64,000 nucleotides of DNA, from assembly GCA_037045355.1 (NCBI GenBank), contig JBAOHO010000008.1, forward strand, positions 105,331 to 169,330, in the 5' to 3' direction. The stretch comes from Candidatus Nanopelagicales bacterium. GTDB lineage: Bacteria > Actinomycetota > Actinomycetes > S36-B12 > GCA-2699445. A program made the translations under genes and the position numbers. Shown piece by piece: positions 28,537 to 37,780 of this stretch; positions within the stretch are counted from its first letter, which is position 1, and every line of letters starts with the position of its first letter. The notes under the pieces were generated by a model. It saw only the letters and a program-made list of their open reading frames with translations. It was not told the origin of the DNA and made no database searches.

Positions 28537-29232
28537 GTGTCTGAACTCATCGCATGGTTCACGGACCCCGCCAACTGGAGCGGTCCCAACGGCATCCCGG
28601 TGCGCACGCTGCAGACACTGTGGATCAGCGCCGCCGCGATGGTGATCGCGGTCGCATTGGCCTTCCCGATCGGAATGATCATCGGTCACTTCGGCCGGTT
28701 CGGTGGCCTGGTGACCAATCTCGGCACCATCGGCCGCGCGATCCCGACGTTCGCGTTGTTGATCATCTTCGCGTCCTGGGATGTCATCGGGGTCGGCAAC
28801 TTGGCTGCGATCTTGGCGCTCGCGATCTTCGCGATCCCGCCACTGCTCACCAACACTTACGTCGGTGTGCGCGACGTGGACGAAGCCATGGTGGACGGCG
28901 CCACGGGCATGGGCATGACAGATCGCCAGGTCTTGGGGCGCGTGGAACTGCCCACTGCCGTTCCGTTGATCGGGGCGGGACTGCGCACCACGACGGTTCA
29001 GGTAGTGGCCACCGCGACACTTGCCGCGCTCGTCGGTGGGGGCGGGCTGGGTCGATACGTCGTGGACGGGTTCGCCCTGCAAGACCTCACGCTGATGTTC
29101 GCCGGTGTCATCTGTGTTTCGGTGCTGTCCGTGGGGACCGAAGCCGTGTTGGCCGTCATCCAGAAGTACCTCACCCCGTTGCCGCTGCGTGCGAAGAAGA
29201 AGTCCGATGCGCAAACTGGGAGTCAGACGTGA
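28537..29232 (+). CDS. osmoprotectant ABC transporter permease (second subunit)
   Basis: 231 aa with an EAA-like loop (MVDGATGMGMTDRQVLGRVELPTAVP). Confidence 0.85.
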   Translation: MSELIAWFTDPANWSGPNGIPVRTLQTLWISAAAMVIAVALAFPIGMIIGHFGRFGGLVTNLGTIGRAIPTFALLIIFASWDVIGVGNLAAILALAIFAIPPLLTNTYVGVRDVDEAMVDGATGMGMTDRQVLGRVELPTAVPLIGAGLRTTTVQVVATATLAALVGGGGLGRYVVDGFALQDLTLMFAGVICVSVLSVGTEAVLAVIQKYLTPLPLRAKKKSDAQTGSQT

Positions 29233-30176
29233 GAGGTGCAGTTCGGTTGGCCGCCGCTGTCCTGGCCGTCCTGGTCGTGCCGGCCTGCTCCAGCCTGCAG
29301 TCGTCCGATCCCAGTGCCGACGCGGAGCCGGGTGCGGGCGACGCCGGGACTTTGCAGGTGGCGGCCTACAACTTCGGTGAAAGCCAGATCGTCGCCAACG
29401 TGTATTCGGGAGCTCTCAACGCGGCCGGTGAATCCGCTGAGGTCAAGACCCTGACCAACCGCGAGATCGTCATCCCGGCCGCAGAGCAAGGGGAGATCCA
29501 GGTCGTGCCGGAGTATGCAGGCACCCTCACGGAGTTCCTCAACAAGCAGGTCAACGGTCCGGATGCGCCGGCGCAGGCCTCGCCGAACATCGATGTCACG
29601 GTCAAACACCTGCGCAAGCTGGCCGATCAGGTGGGCCTGGTGGTGCTCGAGCCCGCTCCCGCGCGCAATCAGAACGCCTTTGCGGTGCGCAAGGAGTTCG
29701 CGGCGGAGCACAACCTGACGACCCTGACCCAACTCGGCGAGTACTCCCAGCAGAGTCCGGTCAGCGTCGGGGGGCCACCAGAGTGCCCTGCCCGACCGTT
29801 CTGCTTGATCGGGCTCGAAGACACCTATGGAGTCCAAGTCTCCGAGTTCGTCAGTCTGGACGCCGGTGGACCGTTGACGAAGTCAGCCCTGGAACAGGGA
29901 ATGGTGGACGTTGGACTGGTACTCACCTCGGATGGTGCACTCGATCAGTTCGGGTTGGTGATCTTGACCGACGACAAGAACCTGCAGGCATCCGACAACA
30001 TCATCCCGGTGGTCAACGCCAAGGCCGACAACGACACGATCAACAAGACCCTCAACGCGGTGTCGGCAAAGCTCACCCAGGAAGCCTTGCGTCAGATGAA
30101 CTACGCGGTCGACTGGGAACGCCAGGACCCAGCGACCGTGGCCCAGTCGTGGCTCGTCGCCAACGGTTTGGCCTGA
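29229..30176 (+). CDS. osmoprotectant-binding lipoprotein (OpuCC/OpuBC-like substrate-binding protein)
   Basis: The GTG at 29229 overlaps the permease stop (GTGA). The signal with lipobox is LAVLVVPAC, and there are YNFGESQIVANVY and PEYAGTL motifs. Confidence 0.8.
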   Translation: MRGAVRLAAAVLAVLVVPACSSLQSSDPSADAEPGAGDAGTLQVAAYNFGESQIVANVYSGALNAAGESAEVKTLTNREIVIPAAEQGEIQVVPEYAGTLTEFLNKQVNGPDAPAQASPNIDVTVKHLRKLADQVGLVVLEPAPARNQNAFAVRKEFAAEHNLTTLTQLGEYSQQSPVSVGGPPECPARPFCLIGLEDTYGVQVSEFVSLDAGGPLTKSALEQGMVDVGLVLTSDGALDQFGLVILTDDKNLQASDNIIPVVNAKADNDTINKTLNAVSAKLTQEALRQMNYAVDWERQDPATVAQSWLVANGLA

Positions 30177-30179
30177 CTC

Positions 30180-30230
30180 CCACCCGCGCGTGACCCCCCA
30201 CCCGCGCGTGACCCCCCACCGCGCGTGGTC
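30180..30230. repeat. tandem repeat, 3 x ~18 nt, starting 4 nt after the binding-protein stop codon
   Basis: ccacccgcgcgtgacccc occurs twice (30180-30197 and 30198-30215), then degenerate ccaccgcgcgtggtc. Confidence 0.8.
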
Positions 30231-30344
30231 TTCGCATCACCTCCTGTCGTGACCGCGTAAGACAGGTCACGAGATTCGACCCCCCATGTCGGCGGCCCGG
30301 CCCTCGGCGATGGACAGTTTCTGCGCCGAAACGGGGGTAGGCGC

Positions 30345-31274
30345 ATGAGTGTTCGCATCAAGCCGGGTGACGACTGGGGCGATTCCTGGGGCAGTGGTCC
30401 GGGGCCGGAGTCCGACGACCGCGTCCCCGACCCCCAGGATGTCCGGGCAGTGTTCGCCGATGATGACGGTGACTCCGACGAGTGGGGTGCACCCCGGCCG
30501 GCACGAGCGTCATGGTGGGGCGGCGGACGGCCACAAGTGCCGAAACTGGTGGCGGGTGCCCTCATCGCAGTCGTGGTGATGATCGTGCTGGGGGGCCTGG
30601 CCTACCGGTTGTCGGTTCCCGCGCCGGTTACTCCCGCGGAAACAGTGGCGGCGGCTCCCGGACCAAGCCCGGTCACCTCTGTGCGCTCACCGGAATCAAC
30701 TCCGACGCCAACCCCCGATTCCGCCGACCTGACCTCCATGCCGTGGCAGGGCGCTGCTCTGCCCATCAGCGAGAGTTCTGGCCCGTTCATCTTCACCGAT
30801 CACCGGGCGACGGGTTTCGCCCAGGATCCCCAGGGTGCGGCACTCGCGGCAGTCCACATCTCCACCCACATCGATCCCTACACCGGTCCGCGGGTGTTCA
30901 CTCCGACCATCGACGAGCAGGTGATCGAGGGCGGGGACTTGTTGGCGCAGACCATGAAGCAGTACGAAGCTGCGGCGGAAGCACAGGGCCTGGCCGAATC
31001 GGCGATCAAGCGGGGCGCCCCCGTGCTGGCGCCCACCGGGGAGATCGCCGCCTGGCGGATTCGCAACTATCGACCCGATGCCACCACCACGGTGGAGTTG
31101 CTGGTGCACACACCGCAAGGACGCTCCGTCGTCTATGAGGTCCCGGTCGTCTGGGATGACGACGACTGGCGCGTCACGTTCGCCGGCAGCCAGACCGGAC
31201 CGGTGCTGCGCGTCACGGCTGCGGCCCCTGGCGCCGAATCAGAGTTCGAACCGTTCAATACAAGGGGGAAATGA
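30345..31274 (+). CDS. hypothetical single-pass membrane protein with extracytoplasmic globular domain
   Basis: 309 aa with an acidic N-terminus and one TM (LVAGALIAVVVMIVLGGLAY). No family recognised. The stop lies 3 nt before the next gene. Confidence 0.5.
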   Translation: MSVRIKPGDDWGDSWGSGPGPESDDRVPDPQDVRAVFADDDGDSDEWGAPRPARASWWGGGRPQVPKLVAGALIAVVVMIVLGGLAYRLSVPAPVTPAETVAAAPGPSPVTSVRSPESTPTPTPDSADLTSMPWQGAALPISESSGPFIFTDHRATGFAQDPQGAALAAVHISTHIDPYTGPRVFTPTIDEQVIEGGDLLAQTMKQYEAAAEAQGLAESAIKRGAPVLAPTGEIAAWRIRNYRPDATTTVELLVHTPQGRSVVYEVPVVWDDDDWRVTFAGSQTGPVLRVTAAAPGAESEFEPFNTRGK

Positions 31275-31277
31275 GAA

Positions 31278-32435
31278 ATGAGTACGCGTTACCTGACGAT
31301 TCCGGCGGGGCTGTTGGTCGTCGGCGGAGGGATGTTCCTGGGCATGGGCACCGCACATGCCGACGACGTCGACCACGAACCGGGATTGACGGCGTCGGCG
31401 GGCATGGTCAGTCGGGATCCGCAAGATGATTCCGAGCCCGGTCCCGTCACGGATCCTGGGACTCCTGACGACGAACCGGATCCCAGCGGTGGAGATACCA
31501 CGCAGGGGGATCCAGGTGGTGGTTCGGCTCCCGATCCACAGCCCGATCCAGGGCCTGATCCTGGGCCCGATCCGGGGCCGAAGCCGGATCCGGATCCTGA
31601 CCAGTCCGACGACGGCCCGGATGACGACCCGGACGACGGCCCGGACGACGGCCCGGACGACGGCCCCGGCGACGGTCCCGACGACGGTGCGGGCGATGAT
31701 CCCGACGATGGTGCCGAGTCGACTCCGGGCGATGGTGGTGAGGGCCGGCCTGATGCCGATGAGCCTGATGCCGGTGAGCCTGATGCCGGTGAGCCCGATG
31801 CCGGTCAGCCCCATGCCGATGAGCCCGATGCCGATGAGCCCGATGCAGACGAGCCCGATGCCGGTCAGCCTGGCGCGGGTCAGCCTGGCGACGGCAAGGA
31901 CGACGAACCCCAACGCGGTGGCAACGGTGAACCGCCGCGCGGGGGCCATGACGATGAACCGCAGCGTGGCGGCGGCGGCAACGGGGGCGAAACGGGGACC
32001 CCGGAGTCGACGGAACCACCGCGCGACGAGCCGCCCCGACGTGAGCCGCCTCGACGCGAGCCGGACCCATCGATCGTGACCGTGGACCCGGGTCCAGCCC
32101 CGACACCGTCGCCGGTGCTCTCCCAACCGCAGCCACAGCCGCGCGACCCCGCGCGTGACCCCGGCGCAGCGCCGCAGCCGACGGTCGGGGCGTCCCCCCA
32201 GCCCAGCGGGACCCCGCTGCATCCGGTCGTACCGCAGGCTCCCAGTGACGCCCCATCCGTGGTCGTCAGTACTCCCCTGCATCCGGTCGTCCCCGCAGGA
32301 ACTCCGGAGTCGGACCAGGCACCAGGCGCCAACATCACGTTGTCGACGCCGCTGCATCCGGCGCGGGTCGTCGGTGGTTCCACCCCGGCTGCAGCGGAGT
32401 CGGGGTCACCCCTGCATCCGGTTGAGGACGACTGA
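31278..32435 (+). CDS. secreted, highly acidic Pro/Asp/Gly-rich repeat protein (intrinsically disordered)
   Basis: Signal peptide LLVVGGGMFLGMGTAHA. In-frame tandem arrays: (DPGP)n, (DDGPD)n from a 15-nt unit, and (DEPDA/GEPDA)n from a 15-nt unit. The C-terminus carries four copies of (S/T)PLHP. Confidence 0.6.
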   Translation: MSTRYLTIPAGLLVVGGGMFLGMGTAHADDVDHEPGLTASAGMVSRDPQDDSEPGPVTDPGTPDDEPDPSGGDTTQGDPGGGSAPDPQPDPGPDPGPDPGPKPDPDPDQSDDGPDDDPDDGPDDGPDDGPGDGPDDGAGDDPDDGAESTPGDGGEGRPDADEPDAGEPDAGEPDAGQPHADEPDADEPDADEPDAGQPGAGQPGDGKDDEPQRGGNGEPPRGGHDDEPQRGGGGNGGETGTPESTEPPRDEPPRREPPRREPDPSIVTVDPGPAPTPSPVLSQPQPQPRDPARDPGAAPQPTVGASPQPSGTPLHPVVPQAPSDAPSVVVSTPLHPVVPAGTPESDQAPGANITLSTPLHPARVVGGSTPAAAESGSPLHPVEDD

Positions 32436-32592
32436 TCGGGGAGTAGATTGGCGGTCGTGACAATTTGGTGAGGCCTTCGCCCCTCCCACCGAGGCGTGGC
32501 AACGGGTCTCACCGCGGCTCGCGACCGCCTGGCGGCTCACCACCGTCCTGATCGTCGTTCCGGTCACCGCGGTACTCATCGTCATCTTCGCG

Positions 32593-32952
32593 GTGCAGTC
32601 CCTCATGCCGGGGGTCATCGCGGTGAGTGTGGTCGCTGTCGTTGTGCTGGGCTGGTTGTGGTGGCTGTTGGGTCGCCGCGTCGCCTCGTTCGGTTACGTG
32701 GAGCGCGACGACGATCTCCTCGTGACATCAGGGGTGATGTTCAAACGCCTGGTGATCGTGCCCTACGGCCGGATGCAGCTGGTCGACCTGGTCGCCGGGC
32801 CGATCGACCGGGCCATGGGCTTGGCCACCGTCAAGTTGCACACGGCAGCTGCCACCACCGACGCCGGTATCCCGGGACTCACACCGGTCGAAGCGGCCCG
32901 GCTGCGGGATCGCCTGGCGGCCCAGGGTGAAGCCCGCTCCGCGGGGATATGA
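32593..32952 (+). CDS. YdbS-like bacterial PH-domain (bPH_2) membrane protein, with 5' end unresolved
   Basis: Contains LLVTSGVMFKRLVIVPYGRMQLVDLVAGPIDRAMGLATVKLHTA. The frame is open and looks like a first TM helix from 32461, but has no start codon before the GTG at 32593. Confidence 0.7.
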   Translation: MQSLMPGVIAVSVVAVVVLGWLWWLLGRRVASFGYVERDDDLLVTSGVMFKRLVIVPYGRMQLVDLVAGPIDRAMGLATVKLHTAAATTDAGIPGLTPVEAARLRDRLAAQGEARSAGI

Positions 32953-34376
32953 ACCTCCCACCACCGCCGCGCCCCGTCCCGGACAGCTCCGGGACGTTCG
33001 GACCCGCTGAAGCACTGCCCGCTGGACCACCGCCCGCCGGTCCCACCGCACCCCGGCGCACCCATCCGATCACCCCGCTCGTGCATGCCGCCCGAGTGCT
33101 GCCGCTGGCGCTGCTCGTGGGCATCGGTCTGCTGGGACGTTTCCAGGCGTCGTTCCCGATGTTCACCGGACTTGCGGGCGTTGTGGTCGTGGCGCTGGTC
33201 ATCGCGCTGATCACTGCGGGCGTGCAGTACCTGGCCTGGCAGCGGCTGACGTTCTGGTTCGACGGGGAAGGCGACTTGCGGGTCGCGTCCGGCATCCTGA
33301 CCCGGACCGAACGCCGGCTGCAGCTGTCCCGATTGCAGGGCGTCGAAGTCGTCCAGCCGCTGTTGGCGCGGCTGTTCAGCATGGCCGAGGTGAGCGTCGA
33401 GGTCGCGGGCGTCGGCGACTCCCGCGCCCAACTGCGCTACCTCACGCTGTCGGACGCTCAAGATCTGCGCAACGAGGTCATCGCCCGGGCCGCCGGACTG
33501 CACCCCAGCACCGGCGAAGCCCCGCAACGTCCCCTGGTCTCAGTGCCCGCCCGCGATCTGGCGGTCTCGCTCCTGCTGCGCGGCAGCACAGTACTCCTCC
33601 TGCTGCTCACTACATTGATCGTCGTCACGACGGTCATGACAGAGGGACCGGTCGGCCTGCTGTTCCTGTTCATCGGCGGGGTTCCCCTCGTGATGGTCCT
33701 GACCGAGTTCACGCGGTACTACGGATTCACCGTCGCCGACTCACCGGACGGACTGCGGCTGCGCTCCGGTCTGTTGCAGGTCCAAGCGCAGACGATCCCA
33801 CCCGGTCGGGTTCAGGCGGTCGAGTTCGTCCAGTCGATCCTCTGGCGGCGCAAGGATTGGGTGCGCGTGAGACTGAACGTCGCGGGGATGCGGCGCTCCG
33901 ACGACGACGACGGACAGAACACCGACCAGGTCCTCCTCCCGGTCGCCCCGTACGACGTGGCGCTGTCCGTGGTTCGCCAGGTTCTCCCGGGAGTCGATGC
34001 GCGTGCCATCACTTTGGTCCCACCTCCCCCGCGGGCCGCCCGGCGTGCGTGGATCCAATTCCGGCAGCTGGGAGTGGGACACGACGACACCGTGTTCGCC
34101 ACCGCACGCGGCCGCTTTGTCCACCGGCTCACCGTGGTGCCACACGCCCGATGCCAGTCCGTACGCGTCACCCAGGGACCCTGGCAACGGTGGCTGAAAC
34201 TGGCGTCCATGCACGTGGACTCGGTTCCCGGTCCGGTCTCGATCGTGGCTCTGCACCGGGACGCAGGAGAGGCGCGGACGCTGGCCGAGGAACAGAACCA
34301 GCGGGCTCACGCGGCGCTCACCGCCGCCGGGACGATGCGCTGGATGCAGCACGAGCCGCCGGTGACCGATGAGTGA
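32949..34376 (+). CDS. YdbT-like membrane protein with repeated bPH_2 domains
   Basis: 475 aa with an ATGA overlap with the preceding gene, TM pairs alternating with PH-like segments, and a Pro-rich N-terminus. Confidence 0.7.
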   Translation: MNLPPPPRPVPDSSGTFGPAEALPAGPPPAGPTAPRRTHPITPLVHAARVLPLALLVGIGLLGRFQASFPMFTGLAGVVVVALVIALITAGVQYLAWQRLTFWFDGEGDLRVASGILTRTERRLQLSRLQGVEVVQPLLARLFSMAEVSVEVAGVGDSRAQLRYLTLSDAQDLRNEVIARAAGLHPSTGEAPQRPLVSVPARDLAVSLLLRGSTVLLLLLTTLIVVTTVMTEGPVGLLFLFIGGVPLVMVLTEFTRYYGFTVADSPDGLRLRSGLLQVQAQTIPPGRVQAVEFVQSILWRRKDWVRVRLNVAGMRRSDDDDGQNTDQVLLPVAPYDVALSVVRQVLPGVDARAITLVPPPPRAARRAWIQFRQLGVGHDDTVFATARGRFVHRLTVVPHARCQSVRVTQGPWQRWLKLASMHVDSVPGPVSIVALHRDAGEARTLAEEQNQRAHAALTAAGTMRWMQHEPPVTDE

Positions 34377-35235
34377 ACCGGCCCGATTGCGGGTGGGTGT
34401 CATCGGAGTCGGCCGCGCCGGATCGGTCTTGGCGGCTGCGCTGCAGCGAGCCGGTCATCATGTGGTCGCGGTGCACGCCCACTCGGGACGCTCCCGCCAA
34501 CGTGCCGCCGGCATGCTGCCCGACGCCGCCGTCGTGTCACCGCCCGACGTCTTCGCGGCGGCGGATCTCGTCCTGCTTACCGTTCCGGACGACGTACTGC
34601 TCACGATGGTCCAGGCCGCGGCGGCGGGAGGCTGGGCAGGTCGAGAGCAATTCGTCGTCCACTCGTCCGGCCGCTACGGAGTCACGGAACTCGACCCGCT
34701 GCACGCCCAGCCGATGGCTCTGCATCCCGTCATGACTCTGACCGGACGTCCCGAGGACGTCGACCGGCTCATCGGCTGCCCTTTCGGGGTGACCGCCCCG
34801 GAACACCTGATGACCGTCGCTGCTGCCTTGGTCGTCGAGATGGGTGGGGAGCCCATGTTCGTCGCGGAGGACAAGCGCCCGCTCTATCACGCTGCCTTGG
34901 CCCACAGCGCGAACCACATGATCACCCTGGTCGCCGAAGCGATGGATCTGCTCCGGCTCTCGGGTCTGGACGAACCGCATCGCATGCTCGGACCACTGTT
35001 GGACGCCGCGCTGGCGAATGCCCTGGCCCATGGTGACAACGCGTTGACGGGACCGGTGTCCCGCGGCGACTCCGGCACCGTCGCGGCTCACTTGGACGAG
35101 TTGACCAAAGTGTCGACAGCCATGGCCGACGCCTATCGGGCGCTGGCACGACGCACGGCTGACCGCGCTCTGGCGGCCGGCAACCTCGACCCCGCCTTGG
35201 CGGCCCGCTTGCTGGAGGTACTGGCGCAGCGCTGA
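34369..35235 (+). CDS. Rossmann-fold / DUF2520-family protein (conserved upstream neighbour of panC in actinobacteria)
   Basis: Contains RVGVIGVGRAGSVLAAALQRAGHHVVAV (GxGxxG). Its position before panC matches mycobacteria. Confidence 0.65.
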   Translation: MSEPARLRVGVIGVGRAGSVLAAALQRAGHHVVAVHAHSGRSRQRAAGMLPDAAVVSPPDVFAAADLVLLTVPDDVLLTMVQAAAAGGWAGREQFVVHSSGRYGVTELDPLHAQPMALHPVMTLTGRPEDVDRLIGCPFGVTAPEHLMTVAAALVVEMGGEPMFVAEDKRPLYHAALAHSANHMITLVAEAMDLLRLSGLDEPHRMLGPLLDAALANALAHGDNALTGPVSRGDSGTVAAHLDELTKVSTAMADAYRALARRTADRALAAGNLDPALAARLLEVLAQR

Positions 35236-35258
35236 CGGGTGTCGGGCATGCTGATCCC

Positions 35259-36104
35259 ATGCGACCTCGCGTTGTCGACACAGTGGCGGACATGCAGGCG
35301 CGGACGCCTACTGGACACAGAGTCGCCGTGATGACGATGGGCGCCTTGCATCCGGGGCACGCGGCCCTCATGGACCTCGCCCGCGATGAGGCCGGGGCTA
35401 CCGGGGAAGTCGTGGTGTCGATCTTCGTCAACCCCCTGCAGTTCGGTGAGGGCGAGGACTTTGCGCGGTATCCCCGCACCTGGGAGCAGGATCTCGACAT
35501 CTGCGCCGATCACGGGGTCGATGTGGTCTTCGCCCCTACCGCCGACGACCTGTACGCGGGAGGGGCGCAGATCACCGTTGACCCGGGCCCGCTCGGCGCA
35601 GTACTCGAGGGCGCAGCTCGACCCGGGCACTTCCGGGGCGTACTGACGGTCGTGGCGAAGTTGCTGCACATCATGGCGTGCGACACGGCAGTGTTCGGGG
35701 AGAAGGACTACCAGCAGCTGGTCCTGATCCGGGCGATGATCGCGACGCTGAACATCCCCACCCGCGCCGTCGGCGCCCCGACCGTACGCGACTCCGACGG
35801 TTTGGCGATGTCCAGCCGCAACGCGTACCTCTCGCCCGCCGAACGCAAGACCGCCACGGCCATCCCCCGCGCCACCGCCGCCGCTCGGTCGGCCGCGGAA
35901 CGCGGAGCCAACGCCGAGACTGTGGTGGACGTGGCCACCGACATCCTGCGCGCCGAGCCCGGTGTGGAACCTGACTACGTCGTCGTGACCGATCCCGATC
36001 TGGGCCCGGCGCCGTCATCGGGACCGGCTCGGCTGCTGGTGGCCGCTCGGGTCGGCCCCCCTCGCCTCCTGGACAACGTGCCCCTAGTGTTGGCCCCGCG
36101 ATGA
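35259..36104 (+). CDS. panC: pantoate--beta-alanine ligase
   Basis: Contains TMGALHPGHAALM (the HxGH motif), NPLQFGEGEDFARYPR and MSSRN. Confidence 0.92.
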   Translation: MRPRVVDTVADMQARTPTGHRVAVMTMGALHPGHAALMDLARDEAGATGEVVVSIFVNPLQFGEGEDFARYPRTWEQDLDICADHGVDVVFAPTADDLYAGGAQITVDPGPLGAVLEGAARPGHFRGVLTVVAKLLHIMACDTAVFGEKDYQQLVLIRAMIATLNIPTRAVGAPTVRDSDGLAMSSRNAYLSPAERKTATAIPRATAAARSAAERGANAETVVDVATDILRAEPGVEPDYVVVTDPDLGPAPSSGPARLLVAARVGPPRLLDNVPLVLAPR

Positions 36105-37780
36105 CCATGACACCGCCGCCTCCCACTGCTGCCGGTATCGTGGCTGCCGAGCTGGCGGCCCCGTCACCGGGGTGGTTCGAGGAATCCGATGTCGTCGTCA
36201 TCGGCTCCGGAATCGCCGGTCTCAGCCTCGCTCTGCACGCACGCACCCTCGGGTACCGGGTCATGGTCGTGACCAAGTCGCGGGTCGAGCACGGGTCGAC
36301 CCAGTGGGCCCAGGGTGGCATCGCGGCGGCCCTCGACGAGGACGACTCCCCGGACGATCACCTGCGGGACACGCTCACCGCCGGTGCCGGTCTGTGCGAC
36401 GAGGACGCCGTCCGGGTGCTGGTCACGCAGGGCCCCGGGGCCGTTCGAGGCCTGGTGGAGCTGGGCACACGTTTCGACCGCACCGCCGGCGGCGATCTCG
36501 CCCTGACCCGCGAGGGCGGCCACCTGCGTGACCGGATCGCGCATGCGGGGGGCGACGCCACGGGCCGAGAAATCGTGCGGGCCCTGGTATCCGCGGTGCA
36601 CGACGACGACGGCATCACTTTGTACGAACAAGCACTCGCCCTCGACCTGCTGCGCGACGGCGACGGTGCGGTGCAAGGCATCACGTTGCATGTCATGGAA
36701 CAAGGGCAACGGGACGGCGTCGGGGCAGTGCTGGCTCCTGCTGTGGTGCTCGCGACCGGGGGCCTCGGTCAGGTCTTCGCCGCCACCACGAACCCGCTGG
36801 TGGCCACCGGCGATGGCATGGCCTTGGCCGCGCGTGCCGGGGCGGTCATGGCCGATCTGGAGTTCGTCCAGTTCCATCCCACGGTGATGTGGCTGGGCCC
36901 TGCCGCGCGCGGGCAGCAGCCGCTGGTGTCGGAGGCGGTGCGCGGTGAGGGGGCGCTGCTGTTGGACCCGCACGGGCGCCGGTTCATGGTGGACCGACAT
37001 CCGTTGGCGGAACTCGCCCCCCGCGACGTCGTCGCCAAGGCGATCATGCAGGTCATGCGGGAGTCCGGCGCTCCACATGTGTGGCTGGACGGGCGGGCAC
37101 TGGGGGCCGACGTGTGGCGGGAACGATTCCCCACGATTCTGGTGCGCAGCCGTGAGCTGGGTTTCGACCCGGTCACGCAGTTGGTCCCGGTGGCGCCGGC
37201 CCAGCACTACGCCAGTGGCGGTGTTCGCACGGACCTGTCGGGACGCAGTTCCATCCGTGGCCTGTTCGCGTGCGGGGAAGTCGCGTGCACCGGTGTCCAC
37301 GGAGCCAACCGTCTGGCGTCGAACTCGCTGCTGGAGGGACTCGTCTTCGCGGAACGTATCGCGGACGTCCTGGCCACCGGGCTGCCCCGCCGCCGCGAGC
37401 CCGTCGCCCGCTCCCAGTCCGAGTTCGTCATGGATGAGGCGGCCCGCCCGTTGGTGCAAAGCGCGATGTCCGACGGTGTCGGAGTGCTGCGATCAGCGCA
37501 GTCCATCGACGCCGCGTTGCGCGAGTTGGATCGTCTCCCCCGGGAGTTTCCGGGAGAAGCGGCGACCGCCGCCTGGGAGACGAGCAACATCGCCACCGTC
37601 GCCACGGTCCTGGCCCACCAGGCGGGGGGCCGGACCGAGACCCGCGGATCACACTGGCGCGAGGATTACCCAGAGACGGTCCCCGCGTGGGCCGTTCATC
37701 AGGCAACGCGATTGGTGGACGGTGAACTCGTCACCGAACTGGCGCCATTGTCGACTCCACGATGGGAGGCTTGGCCATGA
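36101..37780 (+). CDS. nadB: L-aspartate oxidase
   Basis: Contains VVVIGSGIAGLSLA (FAD site), GGIAAAL, RHPLAELAPRDVV and GANRLASNSLLEGLVF. The ATGA overlaps the panC stop. Confidence 0.92.
   Translation: MTMTPPPPTAAGIVAAELAAPSPGWFEESDVVVIGSGIAGLSLALHARTLGYRVMVVTKSRVEHGSTQWAQGGIAAALDEDDSPDDHLRDTLTAGAGLCDEDAVRVLVTQGPGAVRGLVELGTRFDRTAGGDLALTREGGHLRDRIAHAGGDATGREIVRALVSAVHDDDGITLYEQALALDLLRDGDGAVQGITLHVMEQGQRDGVGAVLAPAVVLATGGLGQVFAATTNPLVATGDGMALAARAGAVMADLEFVQFHPTVMWLGPAARGQQPLVSEAVRGEGALLLDPHGRRFMVDRHPLAELAPRDVVAKAIMQVMRESGAPHVWLDGRALGADVWRERFPTILVRSRELGFDPVTQLVPVAPAQHYASGGVRTDLSGRSSIRGLFACGEVACTGVHGANRLASNSLLEGLVFAERIADVLATGLPRRREPVARSQSEFVMDEAARPLVQSAMSDGVGVLRSAQSIDAALRELDRLPREFPGEAATAAWETSNIATVATVLAHQAGGRTETRGSHWREDYPETVPAWAVHQATRLVDGELVTELAPLSTPRWEAWP

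Noticed and set aside
31239-32357. 372-aa ORF antisense to the acidic repeat protein (and 31447..32256, 31426..32079)
   Set aside because: All are repeat-driven low-complexity frames. Only the + frame starting at 31278 has a signal peptide and a sensible junction (3 nt) with the upstream gene. Even that call is moderate-confidence.
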